Positions 24,441 to 38,634 of a stretch of DNA of 64,000 nucleotides are shown here, in pieces. Positions within the stretch are counted from its first letter, which is position 1. Each line of letters begins with the position of its first letter. The DNA comes from Hydrolagus colliei (taxonomy: Eukaryota), in assembly GCA_035084275.1 (NCBI GenBank), contig CM068747.1:5270001-5334000 (forward strand). Reading direction: 5' to 3'. The position numbers and the translations under genes are program-made. The notes under the pieces were generated by a model, which did not search any database, was not told where the DNA came from, and saw nothing but the letters and a program-made list of their open reading frames with translations.

Positions 24441-24848
24441 CCCACTGATCTACTGCCAAATGTTCCTGACAATCAGCAGACATCCATCTGCTGTAGGCTC
24501 TGTGGATCAGCTGGATAGCAGATCACTTTACAGTCGGTATCTTCAATGAAATAAATGATCGGGAATTAGTTTCGCTGCAAATTTGGAGTCATTAACCGTC
24601 ATCTGATCCATTCAGATCAGTGCAAAATATGAACAAATGAAGTGTCACTTCAACCACTGAATAGATAAGAGATCGCCCATAATACTAGTTAGAACACTGA
24701 CACGACTGCATGAATAAGTCGGAGGAACGGTGACGCGATGGATGTCATTGGGAGACTGTAATAAGTGCTTCAGCAAATGACCAAGGTGATGTTGGCAAGA
24801 AGAACTATAAGCAGTCTGTGTTTTGACAAGTTACAGTAGATCAGTGGA
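24441..24848. mobile_element. Decayed piggyBac-like non-autonomous DNA transposon (~408 bp)
   Basis: Perfect 14-bp inverted repeat ccactgatctactg (24442-24455) / cagtagatcagtgg (24834-24847). Left end starts CCC, right flank is TTAA (24849-24852), left flank is CTGA. Confidence 0.55.
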
Positions 24849-26143
24849 TTAACGTGAGGATTCCTTTTGCAAACCTTCTATTAAACAGAGAGTTGTGACA
24901 ACAGAAGGTGAAGCTGAGATTGGAGTATATCAGAAAGCATTATGCTGAGATGTGCAGGTGGTACTTCCAGAATGTATTTAAGATCACAAAGATTTTGTTG
25001 TGACTGTTGGGGGAACGGGACAATAAAAACAGTGTTTTGTTTGGTGCATGTATGCAGTTCCCTTTCTCCAACTTGCTCAGAATACAAACTAGGGATTATC
25101 CTTACAACTCCCCCTTTTTTTAATGTGAACCGCAACCCTTCAACCATAATTACCTATAATCCGCCTGGATGGCTGCAGGGAATTCTATCAGCATTGAGTC
25201 ATTTCTGTCTCTCATTAAAGTGATACTGTGAGCGGGTGAAGTACTCCAAGTCCATATCATTTTAGTAGCGAAGGGGTCACTGACCCCTATCCCAAGGCAC
25301 AATAAAGTATACGGTTCATATATCTGGAAAGGCTATTCATCTCGTCAAAATATTTGTAAATTCCATTATTCCCCAAACTGCATAAGGAAAGTGGATTGGT
25401 GTTACACCACAGAAAGCTCCAATGTACATTATACTAGCTACATTATTACACGTTAATACTGACAATCCATCAGACTCTATAGATTAGCTGATTCTAACCA
25501 AATACCGTAATATACGTAGAGATGCAATTTATTGACCTCTGCAGAGATTTGTGACAGGGTTGAGGTACAGCAGAAGGATAGAGGCCAGCTACAGACCTCT
25601 GGTGGCATGACCCAGGGCACAGACCTCTGTAAAAGCCTGTAACCTGCTTAGAAATCTTTCTCAATCCTCCGAATACAGATGGTGCCTTATTTCAATGTCG
25701 CAATGAAGCATATTGTGTAGATGCTGTGGGACAGGGATACCCATTCTCAAGACGGTTTTGTCAGCAAACAAAGATGCAGCACCTGGTAAAAGGATGAATC
25801 ACCTGCATTACCATACCTAGAATTTCTTTATCTGCTTTAAGATAGGTTCAACATATGTAAATTGTGACATCGACTTCATGGCATTATGTAGGGCAGAGCT
25901 GTTCACAAATTGGCTAGAATGTTTGCCTACAAATAAAATCACTGCAGCTTTCCAGTATTTCCTGTGAAGAACTTCTAGATGCCCCTCTCCCCCCCAGCCC
26001 CAAGATGATTGGTCCCACATCAAACATGATGATATCTTCTTTTATTACATGAGGCAGTTAATACATATACCAATAATAAAATGAATTATTTTATTTTGGG
26101 AGATTGCTGCTGAGGAAACCAAGAAAAATGATCAGGTGCGCAT

Positions 26144-26580
26144 TACAACAACAACAAGAACTTGGATTTATATAGCGCACTCCACGCCGAACGGCGTCCC
26201 AGAGCGCTTCCCAATAACGGATCCTGGGGCCGAGCCAGGGGGAGGGGGGGAGAAGGTGACCGAAAGCGCAGTCGAAAAGAAAGGTCTTTAGCCGAGACCT
26301 GAAGGTAGGAAGAGAGGGCGCGAGGCGAAGGGAGTGAGTTTCAGAACCTCGGGGCGTAGTGGCTGAAGGCATAGCCACCGATGGTGGAGCAGAGGATTCA
26401 GGGGACGCGGAGGAGCCCAGACCCGGTGAAGTGAAGGCAATGGGTACTCTTGTGAGGAGAGAGGAGGTCAGAAAGGTAAGGGGGGGGTGCAGAGGCTAGG
26501 AGGGATTTAAATACAAGCATGAGGATGTTGAATTGATCCTCTCCAGGACAGGGAGCCAGTAAAGTCCGGCAAGGACTGGG
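26144..26580 (-). mobile_element. 5'-truncated L2 LINE, same subfamily as 12672
   Basis: Minus-strand translation includes SLRLAPSLPTFRSRLKTFLF; (AAC)n tail at 26144; terminal stem-loop acgccgaacggcgt. Confidence 0.9.
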
Positions 26581-27604
26581 CTAAAGATCTAGCACTTGTC
26601 AAAAAGAGAAGGGAGTTTTTTCCCCTGTTTTGGTAAACAAACTCCCAAATAGTGTCATGGGATATTAACACCCCCCACAAAGAGGCAGAGGGGACAGAGG
26701 CAAGTATTCCTCACCTGAGAGACTGGGTAGGTGGCCTGCTCTCTGGACTCCAATCCCACCTTGTGAGCAACTGCTAAGTATAAATGGAGTGTGACCTAGG
26801 GTCATTGAGAGATGCATCTCTCGCAGGTGGCAGCTCTTTACCTAACATCTCCCCTGTAATGCCCCCCCAGAAGCCACAGCTGAAACAGCAGCTCAGTAAG
26901 GAAATCACAGGCAAATCTGAAACTAGAAGCTTAATAAGTAACTCTCAAATTACTTTCCCTGGACTCACCCAATTAATTTTGAAATTATGAGAAAAATAAG
27001 GCTCCACATTTGCAGTTGAACTTGCTTGTGATTTCACTACCCTCAGATGTTGATGGAGTAATTATGGGAAATTCTGATACATTGGGGACCCAGCCTGCTG
27101 TCTGCAGTGAAAGGTCTAATGTGTTTGAAATGCAAACAATTGCATAATTAAGATGAAACAGAAGCCAATTTGGTTCAGAATGGATGTAAAAAGCAGCATT
27201 AGGGATAAATAGTTTTTTTTCTGAAAAACACACAATGAAAGGATTATTACTATTAGTAAATACACAAGGAATTTGTTGGGCACGTGGATTGAGTCAATTA
27301 GAGGCTAGAAAAAGGAAGCGAGAAAAGCAGCCAAGAGGAACACTGTTTGGCACACATGTCTTATGGGGAACAGAGGCTGAAAGAAATTAGTGCTGCCTTA
27401 ACTGGATTTTTGAACCTCCACTTATTTGTCATATATCTAGGTCTGTATAAGCTTCAATTTCTTGCAGCTTAACATGGACAGAAGCCATCCTACATTGCTC
27501 CCACTAATGCCTTCTGAGTGCCCACTGAGCCCTTTGCTCCACAGACTTCAGCTTCTATGCTTCAAACTGTTGGAACTCCCTGTTGCAATCCCTCCATCTA
27601 GCTC

Positions 27605-27900
27605 CCAATCTACATCAAAGTGCTTCACAAGAATCTTTCTGTGCTAATGTTAGACTATGTTAGCAGCTAGTTAATGCACAGCAATGTCCCATAAACTGAC
27701 ATGAAATTAGTGCGCTTTTGTTTTTAAATCTGGGAGTTTGACAGAAAATAACAGAAGAAACTCCGTACTTATAACTGAAATATGCCAGGAGATTTTTAAT
27801 GTTCATCTGAATTAGAAAGATGGTAACTAGGTTTGATGCATCATCCGAAGGATGGCACCTCTGACACTGTGGTATGCCCACAAAGAGACTTTAAGTGCCA
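27605..27900 (-). mobile_element. Deu-domain SINE, degraded
   Basis: caaagtgcttcaca...gcacagcaatgtccca...tcatccgaaggatggcacctctgaca is the reverse complement of the Deu core. Confidence 0.65.
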
Positions 27901-30839
27901 ACATAGTACTCTCTCGCCAAAGGTTTTTGATTTCAAGATCTATCAACCAAGCCAGGCTGTTGCAGAGGAACATTTCAAAGGACAGCTTGGATTTAGGAGC
28001 TCACAATTAAACAATGTTTCTGAAAAGAGAACGGATTTAGCGATACGGAGAGAAGGCAGCTGCCCGAGGTTGAAAAATATCAAAAAGGGAAATTAATGGT
28101 ACTAATTGAAAAATGGGTTATCTATCAGATTGATGGAAGATGGGCTGTGAAATATTTAAAATTAATAATTTAGGCTTTTATAATAAAACAAATCTCTTTC
28201 ATCTCCACAATCTTCCGACTCGAATTCATTTGGATTTATTTTCTGCACTTGCTAATGTGTCTTGATATTGCACAGTGAATGTACATTTATCTGCAATTCC
28301 AGCCAGCGATTGGCCCCAACATGTAGTCACTTTTTTAAACTGGGCTCACAGCCAGCGACAACCCCCCAAGTACCAGCCACTAATCACCAGCCTTACTTTG
28401 CAGTCAGCACCTATCTCCTGAAAATCGTTAAACATATATTATATACATTAATTTTGGGGGCACAATCTCCACTTATATCAAGCAGAGTTTAAAAATAAAC
28501 TTCAATGAATCAGAGCCAGGAAATAGGCAGAGATTAATAGAATGGTTTTATTATATAAAAAGACTAAATTATTCAAACAAATTAAATTGTATTTTTCACC
28601 ACCTGCTCTCCATCACTAATATTTCTTGCCCCTTCACACCTGCCTGATATATTTGATTTCTAAATTTGGGACTTAGTGACCGGGCTATTTTGCAGACACT
28701 TTGTTTCCACGCTGAAAATGCTTTACTACACATTACAATAACTCCAATGAAGCATTTTGAGATGCCTTCCCCACTTGAAAAGCACTACATCAACTGTAAA
28801 GTTTGCTGTTAAGTATTCAGGAATTAACTTGGATTTGTTAAGAGAAAAACTCCTTCCCACCTTCCCCCACAAACACCCGACACCTGTGGAGCAGGATCAC
28901 ACATTCAAACTTCCAGATTGTGTTTTTGTCACCGATTTCATGGGATAAATGAGAAATCAGGAAAGCTATGATCCGGTCCTGGTAATCGTCAGTTGAATCT
29001 TGTGATCTGCAAGTCAAATGTCTTGGCAGGCTCCACTGATTCCTGTTCAATACTTAAGTAATTTCTAAATAAACACTGCATGTTTGACCTCACATCTGTG
29101 GTTAAGAAAAAATCTGTGTGTGCAAGTGAGTGCGTGCATTGCTCTCTGTCTTTTTCTCACACACAGTGTTCATTAAATAGCTGTCAAACACCAGCTATGA
29201 CCATTCTTCATTGTGCACAATGCATAAAAGAGGCTATGTAGCATCTTCTCTCCATCTCTCCCTCCCCACCCCCATTCGAAAAAAATACCTTGTTATTTGT
29301 CCAAAACATAACCACACATGGTTAAAACTTTTAACATCGGAATATACTTTCCTTTGGGGGTGGGGGAGCGGTGGGGAACCTTGAATTTTTCTCAGTGTAA
29401 CAAGTAAAGCAAATAAATCTGGCCATCCATCCTGGTTCCTTCACTGAAGATCTGCTGGAATCATGATTTATAAAGAGCCCTCCAGGTGCTGGTTTGCACG
29501 CAATACATCAAAAACAGATTCATGAACTCAAAAAGCATTTGGGTTTTGTTTTGGAAGGAAAAGAAAAGAAGTTTAATCAATACAAGTTGGCAGTAAAAAA
29601 AAACAGGTGGTTCAGTTCAAGTCAAATCTTCTACTTATTTAACAAAAAAAGTTCTTTTTTTTTAAATGGCCACCGGCATATTTATAAATCAGCGAGATGC
29701 GATACATGTTTAGCTACAGTTCTTCTCCTTCAATTTACAGCCTTTTACGGCTCAAATTGGGCATCAAACATTCACATTTTATTCTCGTTCACTCCTCTCA
29801 TTACCCACCACCGATTTCTCCATAAGTCGTTAACAAACAATGAACGTATCATCGTTCGTATCATCTCTTACGAACCTCCCCACCCTTTTACAAAACAAAA
29901 GCAGCAGCTACAGATCTATTTTCTGCCATCTATACTATGCTTTTGAATGCATTATTTAACACACACTAATATATTCCGCTGCATTTTGCAACAAGACGAC
30001 CTGAGGAAAGGACCATTAACCAATCCTTTTCTTCCTCTAATCATATAATTTCTCATGCACTTTACCATTACTGTTGACCTGCAGCTACCTCGGTGAATTT
30101 AGCACATTTCCCTCTCTATTTAACCCCTTCTTCAGCCCGCTATGCTTTTGGCTAAAAAGCATTTATGCCAATAAAGCTCGGATGCTGAGAATAGTTAAGC
30201 TCAAGTTCTCACAGCACATCTAAAGCCCGACAGGAATCTGAACATTTGAACTATATAATCCCCAGCATAGGAAATCCATCCTATTCTAAGCATTGTGGTA
30301 TTCTCCCCACTTTAAAAAAATTCTTGTAAATGTTTCCACCTTAAATTCCTTCTACAATTTTATAGGCTTTTCACTTAATTTGTCCAAATAATTTTGAATG
30401 CTATCATTCGTCACATAGCTTGGAGATATTAGCAAGTTTTATAATATTCCTGAAAATATTTTCCTCCAACTAAACTGTACATAGGAAGTGACCCAGAATA
30501 AATTCCTATGATACCAACCACCTTCCCCCAAGACAAAGCCAAAGGCAAAGTGAATTCTAATTCAGTTTGTCTGTCTTGGAAGAACTTAAGCATTAAATGT
30601 CTTATGGGTACCCAGACCAGCTGGGATGCACTGCTAGAAACCCGTAGTAAATAAAACAGGCAAGGTTTCAATTAATATCTTTAGGAATTCTACAAGTACA
30701 CAAAGGGATAACTAAGGTAATTCTGATAATTCAACCAGACGCATAAAATAGGGAACTTGCAGCCCAGACTATTGTAAATGTCTAACATTTTACAGAACAC
30801 TCCCAATGACTGTCAACAGGATATAAACAGTAAGCCATC

Positions 30840-31460
30840 ATGTCTGGCCTAAACTATCCATTGAATAGAAGGAGTTTGCGAGAGCATTTAATAAAAATTT
30901 TGCACACAGCTTTTAAAGGTTAAAGTTAGGGAACATAAGGAGGCAAAGCAGCTCACCGGATTGAAAACTATCTTAGGCAATGGAAAGGGGAGGCTAATGA
31001 TAAACTGTCAAAACTCTATAATGGATAAATGCAAGGCTATGCATACTGGTACAAAAATGAATGGATGCTTTCATTGTGACTATTGACCATTCACTGAATC
31101 AGTCAATGTAAGGCTGTTAGCAATAAGACTAATTAAGTAATGGAGTGCACATCTAAGAAATTTGATTATACGTTTATTTTATCTGTATTACTCATTAATG
31201 CAGCCACATTGGCAATACTGTGTGCAATCTTGGGCACCTTACCTTCAAAAGGACATTAATGTATTGGAAGGGTTCAGAAAACCAAAGCATAATTCTGGAA
31301 TAGGGCTATCATGTAAAACTCACAAAATGAAATTTGTTTTCACTGGAGAAAGCAAGATTAAATGGAAGATGATATTGGACTTTAAAAACACTCAGATGTA
31401 GATAACACAGATGTAAGCAGATTTTTTCACTTAAACTGTAATCACAGAATGAGAGTCTGC
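30840..31460 (+). mobile_element. Highly decayed CR1 LINE ORF2 (RT C-terminal region)
   Basis: LYYSLMQPHWQYCVQSWAPYLQKDINVLEG matches the CR1 motif LY.SLVRPHLEYCVQFWSP...KDI..LE; upstream DKCKAMH.G motif; many stops and indels. Confidence 0.8.
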
Positions 31461-31614
31461 CTGTGTAGAGCTCAAATGCCTTGTGCAACTGAAATCAGAC
31501 TATTTCCTGTGCCTTCCCCACAGAGCAATGTAATAGTCTCCATTAACTCTGGCAGTCGATTAGCTCCTTAATAATCACTATTACCTAACCCCGATAGCAT
31601 CAAGGATAAATGCA

Positions 31615-31797
31615 CAATCTGGGCCATATACAAGGACATGCAGACCAGAAGGTTTTAGGTTCAAGTCCCGCTCTCTTAAACATTACAACTGATCTCAGCT
31701 GGGACAACAGATGAGAAATGCTCCAATTTCTACATAACATCCATAGGTTAAAGAGGGCAGAATCAGCTCGTGTTCTTTCTTCTGCTCATCATTATAC
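31615..31797 (+). mobile_element. LF-SINE-like fragment (5' half)
   Basis: tgcagaccagaaggttttaggttcaagtcc...ctgatctcagctggg...gagggcagaatcagc. Confidence 0.55.
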
Positions 31798-32204
31798 TGC
31801 AGTAAAGTAATTATAAATATAGTTGAGCTAATTATGATTCCAGAGTATATTCAATTTGTTTGAGGTACACCCATATACATTATTGGTTTACACTTTCTTG
31901 GCACATTGCAACTAGTCAACAAAATACTGTACTCTAACCAAACACCATGATTGCAGTCTTACAAGAATCCCCTTTTCAAAGGGCACGTCAGGTCCAGCAC
32001 TGACCAGTGCCCATCAGGACCAGGATAGGTCAAATGGTACCAATTGAGGATAATTAAGGTCAGTTAAGATACACACAGTTCCAACATTGCTTTCCCCCAA
32101 ACTGAAATTTCCCTCAATGTTATTACAAAGTAATTTTCCTTCCAAATAAAACAAGTTTTCCGCACGAACACAACAGCTGATGTCAGAATTCATCTTGCAT
32201 TCAG

Positions 32205-32460
32205 CAGCTGCCTCGAGCATCTTGTAAAGTAATTTTCAGGTTTTATTTCTTCTCTCTTCTTCATTAAAATGAATGAGGCAGAATCGCTAACAGAGGCTGG
32301 CAGCGGAACATCGCTGACATGCAAACGGCTGCCTAAACTGTGCGCCAAAGTTGAATCTGCCTCCGGGGCGAGGCGGGCGGGCGGACAGATTCTAAGAAAA
32401 GGATCTACATCCAAGGTGGAAGTTACTTTCAAAAATCATTAAATAAACCAGGACACGAAA
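32205..32460. promoter_or_regulatory. Candidate intronic regulatory element (CpG-retaining, GC boxes)
   Basis: Repeat-free, locally CpG-rich in a CpG-poor background, with a ggggcgaggcgggcgggcgg cluster near 32365-32385. Function not demonstrated. Confidence 0.3.
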
Positions 32461-33324
32461 GGAAAATTACTGGACGAGAGGCAGGTGGGGGAAAGAGTGA
32501 GCGGGAGACACATTCTGTCAACATAAAGTACTCACTGTTATATCTCACGCAGCTTGAGTTCTAAAAGGGTACTATATTTATCTGAATTGCTATATACTCT
32601 TAAAGGCTATAAAAGGAAATTTCCCTGGAACATCTCAATCCTCCTTCAATTCCAATGCCTTTCAGTTTAATAATAGGTCAGAAATTATCAGGAAGCTACA
32701 ATTCTGCCCTTTCAGTGAGTATCACTCGGATCTGCTCTATCGACATGGTGAATTAGGCTGAAGGGTTGGGGGCAGCACACTCCATTCAGTTCACGTGGAG
32801 TGAAAAGACCCACAAGCTGTCATTGAAAGGAGAATTCACATTTTGTGTCTGCACCTGGGTTGCCTCTGGTCATCAGTTTTCAACAGTGAAAGTGAAACAA
32901 AATTTGGGAACAAACCAAAGTAGAAGCGCATCAGTGAAGTTTAGCAGCTTGCTGCCACGTGGCCATTACTTTTGGATTAAGCTGGACATCTTCCCTGATC
33001 ATTTCAATCTTGCTGGTGTCCTGTACATGTGAAGCCTGACCCTTCATCTGGATTTCTCAATAAAAGAGGAAAATATCATTACTAACATTTCACATTACAT
33101 GACAATTCAATTAGGGTCTGCAGTATTGTCATAAACAATGCATTTGCAGCCAATACAGTATTGATGGAAATGAAGAGGGAATTACACTGAATTCAATATT
33201 CTGTACTATACTGTGATTTTTTTTGTATGATACTCTTTAGTTCATTCTCAACCCCTATCTGCAAAGTACTTCATCTCAGTCTTATGTAGCTACCAATCCC
33301 CCTTCTTCAAAGGACAGGATCTAA

Positions 33325-33490
33325 AATTGAAGCCATATGGCATAGATACAGGGCATTCGGCCTAACAAGTCCTCGCTGGCGTTCATACTCCATACAAGCC
33401 CCCCACCACTAGTATTCCCCTCGATTCTCCTTTTCTTTCATGTATGCACCAAGTTTTCTCTTAAACTCATTGATGCTGGTATTCCACAAG
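33325..33490 (-). mobile_element. CR1 3' tail fragment
   Basis: ggcattcggcctaacaagtcctcgctggc...ttcatgtatgcaccaagttttctcttaaa is the reverse complement of a CR1 end. Confidence 0.55.
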
Positions 33491-34959
33491 AATGTTTGTT
33501 AAAGACTCTGTAACTGTTTGAAGAATTTACTTTTGAATGGATTTGGTGTTTGGTAAGACTTTCTTCTTTCCTCCCCCTCCCCCCATCCACCCCTCACCAC
33601 TCCACACACCCTTTTGTCACAGTAACTTTCCCCAATCAAAGAGTATATGCGTGTGACTGTAATATTAGCTCTGGCACAATTGGCTTGAGTCTACAGATGA
33701 GGGGGTGGGAAAGCGAGGAAAGAGAAGGGAATGAGGAAAAAAAATAATCGGGATTTCTTCCAAGTTTTGCCAGCCTCCAGTGTGAATTTAACATCCAACT
33801 GAACAGGCAAGACAGGATAATTATTTAAAGGATTCTCTGGCAATTCTGCAACCCCTCCCCCCCACCCAACCCCCCACCCCAGCATAACATTGGAAAACCA
33901 GCCTAAACTGTGAGCTCCAAGTCCCGATGTGAGAAATTGTTCCAAGTCTGCATTAATGAATGAAGATATTATTGTCCTGACAGAAAATGATGTCCATTTA
34001 CTTTCCTATTTCACAACTGTCAAAACTGGATTTGATGTCAGTAAAATGGTAACCATAGGAAACGACAGCACATCTAGCTTTTGCAATCACATTCAATATT
34101 GCTGATTCCGTTTACCAGATTAGACATTTCTCTCAGAAGTGATAGCTTTTCTTTGGTCCCTTATGTAAAAATTGTCAATCTATTATAGTGTTTCGGTTTT
34201 AATCACCTCTCCTTTGATTGACATTCAGAACACAATCTTTCTCTCTTTACATGACGCACAATATCTGAATCAAGACACGTGGAATGTCTCGAGCGGAAAC
34301 ACACAAACCCAGGTCACAGAAATATCTGCTCGAAGGCAGCAGCGAGATAAAGTCTTCTCTTCGGAAGGCTCCTTCCTCCCAGTTAGTATCAACCTGAAGA
34401 ACAACCCGGCAATTTTGTTTTACGCACAAAAATACTTTTGCAAAGCGAAAGGATCCCTTTGAAGAGTCATCATCATCACTTCCTGACTTACGTGTCTGGG
34501 GGACTATTATGCTGTAAAATCAATTGTGGGACATCTTCCTTTGCCTCAACCCTTCAGCAAAGCCCTTAATACTCCATTATGCGTTGAACAGCATGCGATA
34601 CCTATGAAGTAGGATTGCTTTGAAAGTGAGTTGATCTCAATGCCACAGAAGAGCAAGTTTCTCTGCCTACTCTTATGTGACCAGATTCATATGTGTACAC
34701 GTCAGATGAGGAGTAGCATTTCTCACTTAAATGAGGAACTGGAAACCTAGTGGAGCCTGGAGAACTGTAGTCCAACAAGTCACCGTTTTCTCAAGAAAGA
34801 AAGAAAATGAAAAAAAACGAACAATTATGTTTTTTTTGCCCTTCTCAAGTGCTCTTTGGAAAAGGATAGAGACTGTCGACAATTTTTTGTTGTCAAATAT
34901 AGATTTACCAGAATTTATTTTGTGTGCAACTCTTAAGGAGAGTTTAACAATAAGACAAA

Positions 34960-35130
34960 GAATAATCCTAGCATTTGATACAGCGCATTATCACGTCTTT
35001 GAGCCGTCTCAAAGCGCTTCTTAAATATACTGTAAACTGAATTGTATGTATATTTTGTGGGCAAAATCTGGTATCCCACAAATAGTCATGGATTCCGTTG
35101 ACCTTTTTTTTGAAGGAATGATTAACCCTG
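34960..35130 (-). mobile_element. SINE 3' half (11929 family)
   Basis: aataatcctagcatttgatacagcgc...cgtctcaaagcgcttc...atactgtaaa. Confidence 0.75.
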
Positions 35131-36479
35131 GAGCTAGTCTGTCAATCGACTACCGGGTTTATACCTACTTAAGATTGATTGGCACTCCCTATCTACAGTC
35201 CAGGACTATAACATATCTAACAAAGACTTCTGCCATTTAGGCCGGGGGGAAGGCGATGCAATGGCTGCTACAGAAGAGAAATGTGCACAGATTTGTTTCC
35301 CACAATAGAAAATGAGTTGCTGCTAGTTGCAGCTTGTGATTACATTTTAATTTACTCTTTCCAAACAGCACTGAGGGATCCTCCTCCCAGAAGCTCAGTC
35401 TAATCATGCAGCCGTGCATCTACAGTATTGTCGAGGTCTTGCTCATCCAGGGAAATGTGGTGAATCATCACTGCACACCGAACCACTCTGTCAGCAAACA
35501 CATTTAATTTACTGCCAGCAATAAAACAATTTCCATCACATAAAAAAGAGTGACAATGGTTGTACATCAAAGTTAATGGGTGATATTGTACAGTGTGTGG
35601 ATGCTGTTAAGCATGCTTAATATTTTTAATTGATGAGGAAACAGTAGTGTGTTTTGTGTCCACTGCGTGTATCATCAATGACTGAAACTGGTCACGAACA
35701 GCCTCTGGAGGTAGTGGTACGCAGTTGAGCTGTCCTACGATTGACAGCAAACAGTATTATATGATTCAGAATTAAGCCCTCCCTTTTCACTTCACATGAA
35801 TGCAATCATGATCTATAACAGCACTACAGCATTCTACCAGCTAGCTGCAGCCCGAGGGATTTGCACTGCTTGTCCAGAAAGGGACACCCTACGCATGAGG
35901 TTTTTAAACTTACAAATGTGAATAGGAATCAAGTTGGAAGAATTCTGTCCCAGGTCCTGCTGACAAACCGTACAGGCTGGTCTGACATCAGCAATGTGTC
36001 GGCGCGTATTGCAGAACCAGAACTGGCTCAGGAACCAGACTCCAGAGACCGTCACAGAATGTTAACGAAACCCAAATTACATTGCCATACCAAGCTAGTC
36101 ACTAGCTGGATATAATACAATGACTTGTCCATTGTTCATGCCAGTCTATTTTAAGGGAGCTATAATATTATAAATACTGTACATACTTAAAAGACAGCCT
36201 TGTTCCACAAATGTGTGCATGGACATAATGCTTTCTGTTTTTCAGCACGTACACTAATGATCTGAGGGATGATCTGGCAATAAACCAGAGTTCATTTGCC
36301 AATTTTCAGTCATCAGAATCTCTAGTCTATCTGCGTGACCATCAGTAAACAACAACGCGGAGAGCACCCTCAGCACAAAACAGACAAAGAACTAAACTGC
36401 TCTCACCGTTTATAAATAAATATTGGAACTGATACCCTTGCACAATGCCATCTGTATCCCACAAATATCCTCTGTATAA

Positions 36480-36920
36480 TATTAGTTTGCTGGATTTCAC
36501 TTCTGCACCTGAGACAGAAGGTTGCAGGTTCAAGTCCAACACCAAGACTTGGAACTATCATTGACTTTAGCTGAAACTCCAATGCAATGCTGGGTGGATG
36601 TTGCAATGTCAAAGGTGCTGTCCTTCAGATGAGACGTTTAAACCCAGGTCCTCTCTGTCTGTTGAGGTGATGTTAAAGATCACATGACACTATTCAATGG
36701 GAGTATCTCCTGGTGTGCTGGCCAATAATCCCCCAAATAAAATAGTTCATTCACATCATGGCTGTTTCTCGAACATTGTTGTGGATTGGCTACCGCATTC
36801 ACCCCAAAAATACACACAATCACATCATCTTAAAGTAAATCCTTTGAAGTGCTTTGAGAAATCTCGACATGGTGACAAGGCACAATATCAAAAGCAAGTA
36901 TTATCATCATTATTACTATT
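36480..36920 (+). mobile_element. Near full-length Deu-domain SINE (SacSINE1-like)
   Basis: tRNA-like head (cctgagacagaaggttgcaggttcaagtcc), Deu core ggtgctgtccttcagatgagacgtttaaacccaggtcc...aaagatcacatgacactattc, and L2-type tail. Confidence 0.8.
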
Positions 36921-38634
36921 TAATTTGTAAAAACTACTGTGCTAGTTTCCCAAATAAAGCAGATTCCAACAGTGGGGAAACACATTTTCTGTAGTTAACA
37001 GATTTCTTAAGTGTCTAAAAAAATCCAAAATGGTTTGAATGCATTGGATTCAAAATGAGAAATCTGATAAATGTACAATTCTTATTGAGAAATGTGCTAA
37101 TAAACACCTCCAAATAAGACCCCAATCCTTGAACCATGAACCATTGTAAACCTAACGATCACCTGAAATTTCCACAGTTGATCATTCACTCCCATGTTCT
37201 CTATATTAAATGCAAAATAAGAGTTGAAAGAGAATGGCATAACAGACAAATCAGGTTTCTATTCCCATTCCCATTGTCAATACACAACCAAATTCTTCCG
37301 AGAAATTCTGACTTCCTGTTTGGCCTTCCTCCTAACCGGGTTTCAATTCTACACTCACTGCGATTTACTACCCAGTAAAATTACCACCTTCACTCGTAAG
37401 CATTGCCTTTACCAGTTCCAATTTAGTTAATGAAAGCTCTGCGCACCAGAATGTAAGTGCTCATCAACGGTGACAACTTATCACCAATGTCAGCATCGGG
37501 AGCTCCCATGGTGCAGTACAGGTTGAAGGCAGAAAAGAGATCCCTTTAATTTGACCCAACTATCTACATTCGTCCATATCACAGAAGTATACCTTTGACT
37601 GCACCACTGTCATGCTTCTAATTCCCACAACAGACATTCCTCATAGCCTCTGTGAGTGAAACGGTCAATTTAGTTCCAATTAGTCATTCCTAAAGTAATT
37701 TTACAGACAGGAAAAAGGAGATTTATCCTATCTGTCAGAGCTAGAATCAAACCTGGGTACAAGAGGTAAAAAGGCAGTGCATAAAGCCACTGCCCCACCT
37801 TTGTGCAGGATTTTGCAAATTGATATCTGTGGCTTTTTCACTGTGAATTACGTTGCTGAACGTTAGACTGCTCTTTCATAGAGGAACTCCTCAGCTGTAA
37901 CATCCTGAAAGAGACATCCACACAGCATTGAAAGCAGGAACGAGGAGGAAACATAATTCATCACTTTATGTACACAAGCTATTGTAAAGAAACCACATTA
38001 CAGGAAGCAACCTCAAGGCATTGCAATGGTAACAAGCTGTGGCCGAGGAGTGCCGGGGCACGAGCCTGCTGTAATAATTCCCCTATTTAACTTCAATCAG
38101 AGATGCAGCTGGTGAGCAGGGACCAGGCAATTTCCCACATGGAGCGATAGAAAACCAGAGTGCGAATCCCACAATGCCAATCTCATTTGTCTCATGAAGG
38201 CTACCTCAAAAATACCATTCAGCGGCGCGGAAACAGGTAATCTGCCTCATCGTGATGGCATGGGGCCATAAGCCACATTGGGAATAGACCTGGAAGTGAG
38301 TTGTGGGTGAAAAGCAAGAGTATTGGAAGAGCGAACTCAAATATTGTACTTGGCTGGCAAACCAGGAACAGCCTTGGGTACCATGAGCCTTGTGCATCTC
38401 GTTTTATGTATTTTCAAATGAGAGGCAGATGTGGTACCACTGAGCCCCACACACCACGATTCACCATGAACACATGGAATGGAACACATGGAATGTAAAC
38501 ACTAACTCAAGTTTCCCCTCCCACAAAAAGAAACACAATTCTAATGCAAAGTTGACCAGAGTTCAAAAAAGCTACTAGGCCGAGTTATAAAAAAATATTT
38601 TAGCCAAAAATGAGCTTGGCAATCGGCAATGTGT

